From Felis catus (Eukaryota), in contig NC_058369.1 of assembly GCF_018350175.1 (NCBI RefSeq), positions 23,810,001 through 23,874,000 of the forward strand: DNA of 64,000 nt, written 5' to 3'. Numbering within the stretch: the first letter of the stretch is position 1; each line of letters begins with the position of its first letter. A program made the translations under genes and the position numbers. Of the stretch, positions 12,174 through 23,930 are shown one piece after another. The notes under the pieces were generated by a model. It was not told where the DNA came from, searched no databases, and saw only the letters and a list, made by a program, of their open reading frames with translations.

Positions 12174-12394
12174 AATTTTTTTTAATACTTATTTTTAAGA
12201 GAGAGAGAGACAGAGAGAGGGACAGAGCATGAGTGGGGGAGGGGCAGAGACAGAGGGAGACACAGAATCTGAAGCAGGCTCCAGGCTCTGAGCTGTCAGC
12301 ACAGAGTCTGACGTGGGGCTCGAACTCACGAACTGTGAAATCATGACCTAAGCCGAAGTCAGATGCTTAACCGACTCAGCCACCCAGGTGCCAC
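12174..12394 (-). mobile_element. Feline CanSINE (SINEC_Fc)
   Basis: Full body; 13-bp TSD gatctctgacttt at 12161-12173 and 12395-12407. Confidence 0.97.
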
Positions 12395-12655
12395 GATCTC
12401 TGACTTTTAAATAAATGCATGGCTACTGGAATGACTATATTTCTAAGCCTCTCTTGCAGTTGTGTGTGACCATTTGCCTAAGTTCTGACCGATGAAATAC
12501 AAGCAGAAGGGTTACATGCAATTTCTAGGATATGTCCATGAAGGGAAAAGGGTCCTTCTTGGATCCTTTTTCATTCTTGCTGCCTAGAATTTAGCCACGA
12601 AGGCTGGAGCGTCAGCAGCCATTTTGAACTAGAAGGCAGAAACCATGTCCTAGGA

Positions 12656-12850
12656 CAGGGATCAGCAAATGTTTTCCTTTCAGGGTCAGATAGTATTTTT
12701 GGCTTTGCAGCCTGTATGTTCTCTGTGGCAGCCACTCAACTCTGGTGGTGCAAAAGCAGGCACAGACAACATGTAAATGAATGAGTGTGGCTGTGTTCCA
12801 ATAGCACTCTATTTGCAAAACCAGGCGGTGGGCTGTGGGCCACAGTTTGC
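12656..12850 (+). mobile_element. MER58A hAT MITE
   Basis: 'cagggatcagcaaa...gtgtggctgtgttccaatag...gggccacagtttgc'; right TIR truncated. Confidence 0.9.
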
Positions 12851-13879
12851 TAGGACAGAAGAGCAGCAAGTTAAGGAAAAACAGGGTTTCTGATGATATC
12901 ACGGCACCCCTTCCCTGAACATGGACTGCCTCTTCCCAGACATATTTTATATGAGAAAAAAATACATTTCACGGTTTTTTAAAGAATTTCTGTCATTCTA
13001 GGCCAAACTTAATTCCAACTACAATTGTTGTTTATGGAATTAATAAAGGGTGCATGTGAACTATCCAGAATACATATTAAAACAAGTGGATACAGAATAG
13101 AATGGGTATTTTATAATAATAATCAGATAGCTGTACTTAAGAAAGCTTTAGCTACCTCCAGGTTGAGGAGCTGGTGGCCAACATATTTGAAGTCGGCAGG
13201 GGAGAGAGGGAAGGAGCCTGCTCCACAGGGAGAGTGTACAGTTTAACCCTTTCTGCCCTCCGCCATGCACCTCTGCTCTGCACGGGGTCAGGGGTTCCAC
13301 TCTCCACCTCTGACTGGCCCTGTCTTCTACTGTGCTGGTATTCCTTCCCACCCCTGAGATGCTCCCATCAGGACAACAATAAAACACTCAGAAATGAAAA
13401 CGTACTAACCTTTACTGAATATAATAAAAAAGATGTGACGGCCTAGGCCCACGTAAGCCCACTTGGGTTAGAGCGCCCAGGCTTGGCCATAAGTCACCCT
13501 CTGGCAACCGAAACCACATGAAGCACAGTGTTGAAAACTTGCTAAATCATTTGTCACTCAAAGGCTTTTAAAATAAAATACTTTCAGAAATAATCATTTG
13601 ATTTCAGCCTTCAAACTGTGGGCAGCACTGAGCTGGATGTAAATACTTTCTCTTCACAGGCACATTCAATAGCAACTGAAATCAAGGCCAGTCAAAAGTC
13701 TTTGCTGTCAAGTTTCAAATCCAAACTTCTCTCAAATTCTGAATTTCTTCTTCCTTATGCCTCAAATGAAATTATTACATACAGTGGGGAGGCAAAGGTC
13801 TCTCACCCTGGGGAAAAAAACATCCTGCCTACTGAGTTTTCTAGTTCTGGATTTAAGTAGATTTGACTTTCATGCTATG

Positions 13880-14150
13880 ATATCCATTCATTGAACATCC
13901 TACTGTGTGTCAAGGGCCTCTGCTCTATCTGATTGTGTGGGTTCAAATCCTGGCTTCACCACTTATCAACTGTAAGACTTTGGGCAAATGTAGAATCTCT
14001 CATCTGCAGATTCATTCATTTGTTATGAAAAAAAGTTTTGAGTACCTACTATGTGCCAGAGACTGTTAGATGTGCAGGAAACAAAGTAAACAAATGCCAT
14101 GAATGCTTTATGCCAGCTGCAAAGTAATTATTCAATGAATGCTCATTGTT
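13880..14150. mobile_element. Interleaved MIR and L2-tail fragments
   Basis: 'gggttcaaatcctggcttcaccactta' (MIR +); 'tgagtacctactatgtgccag' (L2 -). Confidence 0.6.
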
Positions 14151-14159
14151 GTTATGTTG

Positions 14160-15065
14160 ATCATTCATTCATTCATTCATTCATATAAACAATATGTATG
14201 TATGGATATTAGACCACATTCCAGGTGCTGGAAATCCAGAAGGAAATGAGAGTCCATCTTCTCTTAGCACTTGTATATATTTGTGGAGAAGGCAGGCAAT
14301 ATGTAAATACACAAAGAAGATTATTTCCTATAGTTATAACTGCCATGAAAACAACCAGCTGGGGTTATAGGAGGGAGAGGAATCAATGATGATGTGGACA
14401 GGGGAGGCCAGGGGAAGATTGCCTGAACCACCATATGCATATCTGGGAAAAAGCTTTACAGGCAGGAAGGTGGGCCTATGCAAAGGCCCTGAGGCCAAAA
14501 GGGCTTGATATGAGTGAGAAATAGATAGAAGACCAATTAAGCAAGGGAAAAGTGGTTTATACCACTCTGTACTTTATAGTACAGTTGGAGAGGTGGGCAA
14601 GTCTCTCATTATTTGGGACTTGGAACTCCTGATAAGTTTTTTGGATTTTATCCAAATGAAACAAAATCCTACTGGAGGGTTTTAAGGGAGAGCTTAATCT
14701 AATTTTCATTTTAAAACCTGATACTTATGAATGTATAGAGACCAGGGTGGAAGTAGGATGACCGGCTAGGAGGCTGCTGTGGTCCAGCCAGGATGATGGA
14801 CTGGGTAGTAACTGGTCATGGTAAGAAATGGACATGGCAGGGCCACCATGCTGGGCCCAGGAGGTGAGAGAAAAGGAAGAGGTGACAATGATTCCCAGGT
14901 TTTTAAGAAGGTGGACTAGAACTGGAAGGAGGGTGGAAAGACACTGAAAAGATTTCCCACTGGGGATAGAGAGAGCAGTCTGGGGGCCTGCTTCGGGCCT
15001 TAGACTCATCACCCATGGATGGAAGATGAAGCCAGAGGGATGGATGAGGTCACCCCAGTGATTAG
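14160..15065 (-). mobile_element. L2 LINE 3' region
   Basis: (TTCA)n tail at 14161-14183, 'tgcaaaggccctgagg', 'ctactggagggttttaag', 'ggatgaggtcaccc'. Confidence 0.88.
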
Positions 15066-15599
15066 TGGAGCAACAGACAGCAGCCTGGAAAATTTCCTTC
15101 CGGCCTTTTCCCTCACAACTGTTTTATTGCTATCTGGTGAGTTTCACTCCTGGTGATGGCTTCCCTCTTTGGGCCCTTCTAATCTGTTTCCTTTTAGAAG
15201 GTGGCTGTGTTCAGTGGTTTTTCATTTCTTTCTCTGGGCTAATTTTATTGCTCATAGCCTTCTCTTCAGCTGCTTTGGCAGGGAGATGCTGTATATTAAA
15301 ATAGTTATTATTTTATTTTATAGCTTGGTTGAATCTATATTCAGCTCATTATAAGTGTGTGGGTCCCACTAGCCAAATACATTTCATAATGGTAAGCTCT
15401 TATTGAGAGAGAAATCTTACGTTCTCCTGGTATCTCCCAGAAGGCTACCTCCTAAATTGTGATGAATCATAAGTGGGTCCAAGAAGCCCACAGTTTCAGT
15501 CAGTGCTAGTTAAACCATTGTCCTGGTTCAATTTGGCAATGTTTATAAAGCTGGGACCCATGTGATCTAAGCAGAGTGGCAAGGAGGCAGGAGAAGAAT

Positions 15600-16766
15600 T
15601 ATCTGGCATCTCAAAGTTAACATTTTCCAAACCTAGCTCCTAATCATTATCAATTAATCCCCTTCTGTAATCTTCCCTATTCCGGATGGTGGCACTCCTC
15701 TCTTCCAGCTTCTCAGGCTTAAATGTTGGCTATCTTTGACTTCTGTCTTTCATACTCCGCATCCAACCTTTCAGCAAATACTGTCATTCTTCCTTCAAAC
15801 CCTATCAAAAATCCAACCACTCCCTTTCACCTACACCTGACCACCTTGGTCCAAATCCTCAACATCTCTTTTCTGGATATTTTTTTTCCAGCCTTCAGTG
15901 CCCTTGCCCCCTCCTGTCTATTCTCAATGGGACAGAGAATTCTCATCAAAATAAAGTCAGATCATGATAAACTAATTTACCCCAAACCTTCCACTGACTT
16001 CCCTTCTCACTCACAGCAGAGCTAAGTCTTTACTGGCCTGGGAGGCCTTACATGGTTTCTCCGACTCATCCCCTGCTGCTTTCCCAGTGCTCACCATACT
16101 CATGTCAAGTGTCATGAACACATGTCATACACATTCCACCTCAATGCCTTTGCATGTACTGTTCCAACAAGCAGGAATGCCTTTCCCCCAGAGATAAGCA
16201 AAGCTCACTACCTTACCTCCTTTAGAACTTCAGTCAAGTATGACATCTTCACTGAGGCCTCCCCAAGCATCCTTATCTAAAATTTCAACTGTCCCAGGGG
16301 CGCCTGGGTGGCTCAGTCGGTTGAGCGTCCGACTTCAGCTCAGGTCACGATCTCGCGGTTCGTGAGTTCGAGCCCCGCGTCGGGCTCTGGGCTGATGGCT
16401 CAGAGCCTGGAGACTGCTTCCGATTCTGTGTCTCCCTCTCTCTCTTCCCCTCCCCCATTCATGCTCTGTCTCTCTCTGTCTCAAAAATAAATAAACATTA
16501 AAAAAAATTTTTTTTAAATTTCAACCATCCCAAAAACTTTCATACATAGCCTCTTCTTTTCTTGCTCCATTCTTCTTAACAATATGAATCAGAGGTACTT
16601 CTCATCAACAAACAGTTTACGTATTTGCTTTTTTCAAATAATCTCTCTCCCTGAACTAGAATATAAACTTGCTGAGGGCAGGGATTTTTGTTTTGTTCAT
16701 TGCTATATCTCCAGTATTTCATCTAGTGCCTGGCATACATTATAGATGCTCAATAAACATTTATTG
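15600..16766 (+). mobile_element. L2a-like LINE 3' region interrupted by a SINE
   Basis: 'aagtcagatcatg', 'ctagaatataaacttgctgagggcagggatt', 'gtgcctggcatac...ctcaataaacatttattgaat'. Confidence 0.9.
16297..16515 (+). mobile_element. Young feline CanSINE (SINEC_Fc)
   Basis: Near-consensus head with 13 intact CpGs; 17-bp TSD aaatttcaac[tg/ca]tccca at 16280-16296 and 16516-16532. Confidence 0.98.
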
Positions 16767-16849
16767 AATTAATTAATTAATTAGAAGACTCTACTTAAAA
16801 ATTTAAGTTTTTTATTGGATTGTCTTTACCACTACAAAGGGCATTGATC

Positions 16850-17180
16850 ACATATTAGCCAGGATATACCAAGTTGTACAGCAGGAACAAGAAAACTGAG
16901 ATCTCAGTGGCTTTACACAGCAAAAAGTTTATTCTTTTCTCATGCCAAGTGTCTGCTGTGGGTCAGCAAGGGGTCCTGCTTGCTGTGGTTACTTGGGCTT
17001 CATCTCAGCACATGCTCCCACAGTCAGAAAGGCAGGAAGAGAGAACAAGGTAAGGGACACATGGCTCTAGAAGCTTCTGCCCAGAAGTAACACACATTAC
17101 CTCTGTTCATATTTCATTATCCAGAGCAAGACACGAGGTCGAGTCTGACTTCAGGAGGAGAGGAGGTAAAATCCTACCTT
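16850..17180 (-). mobile_element. MaLR LTR (MLT1J/K-like)
   Basis: 'atctcagtggctttacacagcaaaaagtttatt', 'gcttctgcccagaagtaacacacattacctctgttcatattt'. Confidence 0.8.
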
Positions 17181-17824
17181 ATGTCCAGAGTGAGATTGGT
17201 GAAGGGCCCAAATGGCTACCCCAGTCCAGAAGAACACAGTAAACCCCTCTTCATCTGTACATACTTCTCTCCTTCCCTGCAGCCTTCTGAGTTCTTCCTA
17301 TCCCATCATTTCCTAAAGCCCCTTCAACACAATTCTCCTTTCTTCAAGGAATGCCCCTCTCCAGCCCTACCTCTTCCCTCAACACACATACTTATCATTC
17401 GCTGGATTTTGCCTCATGGAAGCCAAGGGCCCGGTTCTGCAAAGCTGGCCTCCACGGAGGGTTGGTGGGGGTAACTAGGCTGGCAAAGAGAGAACCTTGT
17501 CAGCAGGCTGACTGAAGGGCCAGGCTAGAAAAGCTTATAAGTTATGAAGCTTTGTCCAGTAGCACAGGCACATGGCATCCTGCCCACCAGATAGAGCACA
17601 GTGCTGGCTGATTTCCACGTGGCTGAAACCAAGATTTTAGTGATCAGAGGAAGATCCAGCCCTTTGGCATTCTGTTTCTTAAAAAAAAAAAAAAAAGTTA
17701 GATTTAGACTATTTTTCAAAATGTATGGAATCTGTAATAGCTAACAAGACTATTTGGCTAGCAGTCCCTGACTACTCCTTTTACTAGAGATTTATTATGT
17801 CCATAATTTTGTGAATACTTACAT

Positions 17825-18105
17825 CTTCATTCACCATACTAGTAAATTTGTACTGAGTATCTACTATATGTCAGGTACATAGCAAACAAGACAAAGATCC
17901 TTGCCCTCGAGGAGGTTAAATTCTATGAGGGGCAACGGTGAGTGAGATAAATGAGTAGATGCCATGCTGTTGGAAGGTGCAAGTGACACAGGACAAGCGG
18001 AGGCAGAGCAGAGGAAGGGGACCCTGGAACGTGGCTGTAGGCTGATCTGTTGTTCCAGGACTTGGCAAACAAAGTCACCGTGCAGGAAGGTGATGTGAGA
18101 GTCTG
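17825..18105 (-). mobile_element. L2 fragment
   Basis: 'actgagtatctactatatgtcagg...aacaagacaaagatccttgccctcgagga'. Confidence 0.7.
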
Positions 18106-19904
18106 GTAAGCTGTCGGGTCACCTGTAGCCCCGGCAAGCGGAACGGAGAGCTAGTGTCGCAGGGACGCTGTGGGTGGCTCTCATCACCCCCTGGCCTGGG
18201 GACCACTGCTTCTTTTTATCCTCTTCTTTTTAGAGTGATGAAAATAGAATGGGTTCTCCATTTTCCTCACCTTTCACTCATCTCTCACTGGGACCATTCC
18301 AGGAACTTCTGGGTAATGTGAGGGAGAGGAGCTAAAAGTTGCCTCTGGACCCACTTCAAGGAAATGTCACTGAAACCCCAGAATTCATCCCACTTCAGTG
18401 AGCAGGTACCCCTGTCTCCAAGGAGCTGAGCAGGCAGCAACTTTCCAACCTATCTGATTAAACAAATACAAGAGAAGACCACATTTGGCAGCAACAAAGG
18501 ATTAAAAATCCCTCCATGATTATCTTGGGCCAAATCTAAAGAAGGAATCTGCATTCATCCTGATAACACGTTAAAGTTCAGTGGCTGAAAAATCCGCAGA
18601 ACAAGTTGGGTCTCGGTGTGGAAGGGGCAGGGAAGGAGCATGCATTCGCTCTGCCAACGAGGAGGAAAAAAATTTTAACGAGGGGAAGATAAGAGCCAGA
18701 CGTGTGGAAATATTTCTCTTTGAGGATATTCTTTGTACCAATTACTCTTCAAAGATATCACGTTAGCATTTTTGGCACAACTTGACAATTAAATTAGACG
18801 AATGGTTTTCAATGTTTTTGCATTTGATGTGCCTGAAACTCTTCTTAATGCTAACATTTTCAGCCCGTCACACACATTCTTAAAACTCTGGCAAGTTGCA
18901 TAAACACTGATTTCAATTAAGTCGAGAATTTAAAAACATTTCACTATTCATCTCTTTTTTTAAAATGGCATGACAAATAATTAATTGGGCTTGAGCATCA
19001 CTTTGTGGTGCCCAAAGTTTGGGGATAGAAAGAAACGAGAGCTAATAAATTTCTACTTTTAGACGATGACTTCCAAGATGGCTTCACGACTTCTATTCAG
19101 TGACTGTCCTTTCCTCCCACGTATCGATGGTGCCTTGAATGACCCCTTCCGCCTTTCAATTTCATGCTCCCAAATGGTCCTTGTCCTGGTCTGTTGTCAC
19201 TGTTGGTTGCCCAGGAGAGGAGGAGAATGCTGTGCCGGACATTGGAAAGGAGCAGTAATAACAGTGTGGTCAGAATGTGAACCTCAGCCAGGGGAGAAGC
19301 AAATTCCAGTTCTAATATCTAGGGTTATAGTTTCCCACTTGCTGATGTGACAATGTAACTTGACGAGATAATGACTTCCAGGTTGGTTCCAAATGGTCTG
19401 GGATTGGAAGGTGAATGTAGATGGAGGGCCAGGTGGAGTTGCAGCAGCCAGATGACGCATACATTGGAAGAGGTGGCTATTCTGCAGGACAGCTCTCCCA
19501 GGAGTTCAAAGAGTACTGACGATATTCTCTAGCTCACCACTGACATCCCAGGAGAAGAACAGATGGTCGATGGTCAGACAGGCCCTTGAGACGGGCATGT
19601 GATAAGGAAGTTCAAGGAAAACTCTGAAACCTTGGAGCTTCCCGTTTCTTCTCTGCCCTTCCCTTACTTCCGGTCTTTCCTCTCGTACGGGTCATTTTCT
19701 TTTCACTTTTGACATGTTCCAATTTTTAACCGGTTTAGAAGATTTTGATCAACATCAGTAATGAGAAGTGATGTTCACGCTCCATACCCATTCTCTGTGC
19801 AGAGGGCTCTTTCAGGCCATCAGCACTACTTACTTATGAAATTTCCCACAGAAACCTGCTCTTTCGTTTTTTAATCTCTCAACTCATTTGATACCAATCA
19901 GTAA

Positions 19905-20003
19905 TCTGATGTCCTCTTCCTCGCTGGATTGAAAATTCTATGAGAACAGGGATCAGGTCAGTTTTGTGCACAATGTACCCCCAAACCCTAGCTGTATCCA
20001 ACA
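19905..20003 (+). mobile_element. L2 3' fragment (resumes at ~20524-20590)
   Basis: 'ttctatgagaacagggatcaggtcagttttgtgcac'; downstream 'cagtaggtgctcga'. Confidence 0.65.
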
Positions 20004-20523
20004 TGTCTTTTTATTCTGATGTTTTACATCAGGGTCCTTACTGACCCTAGGGAGGCTGATCACCTGAAGGTCAGCTAGTTCTCAGAGATAATACATGACT
20101 TGGTGGCTTTCATATACAAACCAACTACCATAACTACCCATGTCCCCTAACTACCTCCTTTATGGGGCACTCACAAGACTCTCAACACTCTAGGCTAATA
20201 TTCTCTGCCCTAATCTCTCCAGGGACAGGTACCTCTACTTCCCAGTGACTGCCAAAGTTACTCAAACTAGCCAATCTTAAGCCTGTTTACCCTGCCTTCT
20301 CTTTCTTTTCCAATGGAAACCACAATAAAGGCTCCTGCCCACCTTCCCCTAATCCCCTCTGCCTCCTGACTGACCCTGGTGCATCCCTGTGTGGCCCTGT
20401 GTGGCATGGCCTGCCTCCTCTCCCTTGGAACTGTGAGTAGCAAACTATCTTTCCAATGAAAGTTGTCTCCTGATCTCTTGGCCTCACCATACCTGAAAAA
20501 TAACAAAACCTGTATTTTAAAAC
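20004..20523 (+). mobile_element. Solo LTR, MER74/MER54 family
   Basis: Starts TGTCTTTTTATTCTG, 'gggtccttactgaccct', 'tttcatatacaaaccaac', 'ggaaaccacaataaaggctc', ends 'ggcctcaccatacctgaa...attttaaaac'. Confidence 0.85.
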
Positions 20524-20743
20524 CCTAGCATATTACCCAGCAGACAGTAGGTGCTCGACTACTATCTGCAGGAGACTGGCTGACTGAATAAGTAGAGGGG
20601 TCTTCCAGCCCTGCCTCGAAACTTAAAAGTCCCCCCAGATTCCCTGTCCATTGTTTCCTTGGGCTTCTTCCTTCTTCATACCAGGCCACCACCTTGGCCA
20701 AAATTCAGGTGGTCCCTCCCAAACCCAGGGGGTGCTGTTCTTC

Positions 20744-20757
20744 CTGCCACCTGCAGG
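20744..20757 (-). promoter_or_regulatory. CTCF core motif
   Basis: Minus strand CCTGCAGGTGGCAG fits the CTCF core; lies in unique sequence. Confidence 0.4.
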
Positions 20758-21239
20758 GTTTGTGTGGCCCAGGAAGGCGAGCCTGGTGGCGTTGCTGAAG
20801 GGAGAGGGTGTTGGGACATGGAAGGGGCTTTTCTTGGCTGCCTGTCATCATGAGACATTCCAGCCAGCAAGGAGAACAAAGACAACAGCCAGGGAGCCTC
20901 GCCTTTTATGGTTCCGTCCTGGCAGCACTTCAGGAACAGCCAGAAAGTAGACTGGGGGCCAGGCAGGCCTTGTCGCCTCACTTATGTGCATCCTGGCTGC
21001 GGGTCCTCCAGCTAGAGGAACACCGCTGCAAGGGGCACAACGGTCTGAAAGTGAGAGTGTGGCTATTGAAGGGACACCATTCCTGGCATTAGCTTTCCTC
21101 ATGCCCATCTCTGGCATCTCCCATAAACATCTGGGCAGGCATCAGAAAGAAATGGAGCACTTCCAGGCTGAAATGACACCAATGACCACTTTTTTTTTTT
21201 TTTTTTTTTGTCCCCTGGGGATATTTGGAATCTTCTACC

Positions 21240-21455
21240 AAATAATACATCATGTTTATTGAGCAGTTACTACGTGCCAGGCACCATTCTGGGCACTTTG
21301 TGTGTGTGAGGTCACAGTAACACTACAGTGGGGTATCACTATCCCCATTTTCACGGGGTTTGACTGGGGTAAAGGGACTTGCCCAAGTTCACACGGTGAG
21401 GATAGGGCCAGGTTTAAACTTGAGATACCTAGCTTCAAAATCTTTCCACCACACC
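21240..21455 (-). mobile_element. MIR
   Basis: 'tttattgagcagttactacgtgccaggcac', 'atccccattttcac', 'gacttgcccaagttcacac'. Confidence 0.85.
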
Positions 21456-21621
21456 ACATGGCCTCCCTCTAACAGCGAAATTCTGTTAAGCATTAAAAAA
21501 CCTCAGCTGGGTGGCCTTGTAGGGCCTCAGTTTCTCTCTCTCTACTGTAAAGAGGTTGCCCCAGATAATCTCACTAAAAATCTTTTTATGTTTTATTATT
21601 TTGACTCAATAAGTGACACTT

Positions 21622-21837
21622 ATTTTTTTTAATTTTTTAAATGTTTATTTATTTTTTAGAGAGAGACAGAGCGTGAGTGGGGTAGGAGCAGAGAAAGAGG
21701 GAGACACAGAATCCAAAGCAGGCTCCAGGCTCTGAGCCATCAGCACAGAGCCCAATGCGGGGCTTGAACCCACGGACCGTGAGATCATGACCTGAGCCGA
21801 AGTCAGACGCTTACCGACTGAGCCACCCAGGTGCCCC
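21622..21837 (-). mobile_element. Feline CanSINE (SINEC_Fc)
   Basis: Full body; 13-bp TSD ataagtgacactt at 21609-21621 and 21839-21851. Confidence 0.97.
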
Positions 21838-22119
21838 GATAAGTGACACTTCTAAGCACTGCAGATTTCCTCTGGGAGCTAAAGAAGCTGCAGGGCATTT
21901 GAAGCCACTATCACCAGCTCTGTGACTTTGAGCAAGTGGCTCAACTTCTCTGAGACATAGAGAAGGGAACAAAGTAGTCTTGAAGCTGGTTTGACTCCAA
22001 AATCCCAAGCTCTTTTTTGAAGAATTCTCTACCTGTACCACTTCCTTCCTCACCAGTATTCCTGTCTCAAAGTAAGTATTTCTGGAATGTGATAGAATTA
22101 CAGGATCCAACACATAAAA

Positions 22120-22345
22120 GTGTGGGTAAGGAATGGGCTTTGATGTTAGACAGCCTGAATTTTACCTCCACCACTTACTAGGAAGTATTTAGCTTTCTCT
22201 GTGACTCAATTCTCTTATCTGCAAAATGGTCACTGACAATAGTCATTGTTCCATAGATTTCCCTGAGAATCGCCCGAGATGATGTATTTTGCATGGAGCT
22301 GGGCGGCAGGAGCACTTAGTAAATGTTAGTCATTAATATGATTGT
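22120..22345 (+). mobile_element. MIR
   Basis: 'ctctgtgactcaattctcttatctgcaaaatgg', 'agcacttagtaaatgttag'. Confidence 0.8.
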
Positions 22346-22859
22346 TGAACTTTATGATTTACTCTCTTCTTTGCATGCCTCCCACATCTGGAATGATGAT
22401 GTGAAGAGAGCAACAGATGGGAGGGCAATCAGGGCAGCCGGGTCCACAGCAGCCATCTGGTAGCGAGCTGGAAGGCGGCACCAAGAGGCAATGTCACGGC
22501 TAGTTGGAGGCAGGCTGTAAAAGGGAAGACTGGGGTAGCTAGAATGACCCATTGGGCTACCCCTTGTGTGATCCCTCACAATTATTACTTCCTCCATTTG
22601 CACAGCTAATGTCTGTCAGTCCCTCGGTCCTCTGCTTGCCCAAGTCAGCTGCCTGCACCTTCTTGAGCCCCTGGGTCCCTGCCCCATCTTCACTCTGCGT
22701 GCATGCAGTTCAAGCATCCAGGAAGCCTGCCACAGGCCATCAGCCTCGGTAACAGTTGGTTCTGTCCACAAACTATGAATTTCCACAGTCTTAACATGCA
22801 TAATTTTCCTACCTTTAAGGTTTTCTAAAAGGAGAATACAGTTTACATTTGCATTTACT

Positions 22860-23020
22860 ACTTTTTAGCCCTATGGATAGAGCTCTGGAGAGTAGGTTCT
22901 GTTATTCCCATCGGACCAGTGAGGAAACGGGTCCATACAGGTGAAATGACTTACCCAAGGCTTGAATGCCAAAGGGCCTTAATTGAAACCCACGCCCAAA
23001 GGACTCCCAAACTCTTCCTG
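22860..23020 (-). mobile_element. MIR fragment
   Basis: 'tgaggaaacgg...gtgaaatgacttacccaagg'. Confidence 0.65.
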
Positions 23021-23289
23021 TTTTATGTACAACATTTGGTAGTGTTTCTCTCTCAAATCCCCTATGAAATCTTTGATAGGACCTTCTTTGCCAAAGTTGC
23101 TTGAGGAAATAGTGCAATAAAACAACATTTTCTCTCCTAAGTCATCTGGCCAATGCATGAACCTAAATAAAAGGATGCAGAGAATAGGCCATCCCATGGG
23201 TGACGAGCTTTCTGCTACTAGGTATGTCCAAGAGGAGAATGATGCCCCATGACGGGGGTATCAAGGAAAATTCCTGTGGCTTTGGGTCT

Positions 23290-23470
23290 GTCACCCACCA
23301 GCACATGACCTGGGGTGAATCACTGTGCCTCTCTGAACCTCCACTGGCTTCATATTCTGTATTATATGAAATGAGGGTAAGAGGCTTATAGAGTTGAGGA
23401 TTCAAGATGTCTGCTGGGTGACACTCACAAGAGAGCTCAAATGACGGTGGCCTTGTTACCATGACTGTGA
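23290..23470 (+). mobile_element. MIR fragment
   Basis: 'atgacctggggtgaatcactgtgcctctctgaacctc'. Confidence 0.65.
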
Positions 23471-23789
23471 TCATCGTGTCTGCTCCCTCAAGCCCCAAAG
23501 TCCCATAACTTCTCTTGAGAGAGTCAGAGACAGATGAACTATCACATCAGACACAGGTCAGAATGGGCCCTGTGTTTCCACAGACCAGTTCAAAGGCCCT
23601 AGCTAGTTCCCTGTGCCACACAAACACCCCCTTCTCCATGATAGAAAAACCACACACCAAAGGAGTGGTAACTTTTGGTTCCCTCTTCTGAGCTATTGGC
23701 TCATAAACAGTTGTTAATAAAAGAAAGGGCATTTCGGCATTGCAAAAGTACACTGATTTATTCCTCAAAAATGTGTACACTTAAAATCC

Positions 23790-23930
23790 TTCAAGGGAGA
23801 TAGATCTACATCGATATTTAGATATCTAATTTTACAGATGAGGAAACTGAGGCCCAGAGAGGTGAAGGGATGTGCCCAAGGGCGATGATGCAGCAGGACC
23901 TGAATCTAGGTCTGCTGGGCTCCAAGTACT
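23790..23930 (-). mobile_element. MIR core
   Basis: 'attttacagatgaggaaactgaggcccagagaggtgaaggga' is a near-perfect core. Confidence 0.9.

Larger units (their letters stand above)
12100..13025 (+). mobile_element. MaLR LTR (MLT1I/J-like) split by a SINE and a MER58A
   Basis: 'gcctctcttgcagttgtgtgtgaccatttgcctaagttctgacc', 'gcagccattttgaac', 'tggactgcctcttcccagac'. Confidence 0.75.

Noticed and set aside
16297..16385. tRNA-like A/B boxes in SINE heads
   Set aside because: CanSINEs are tRNA-derived; these are not tRNA genes
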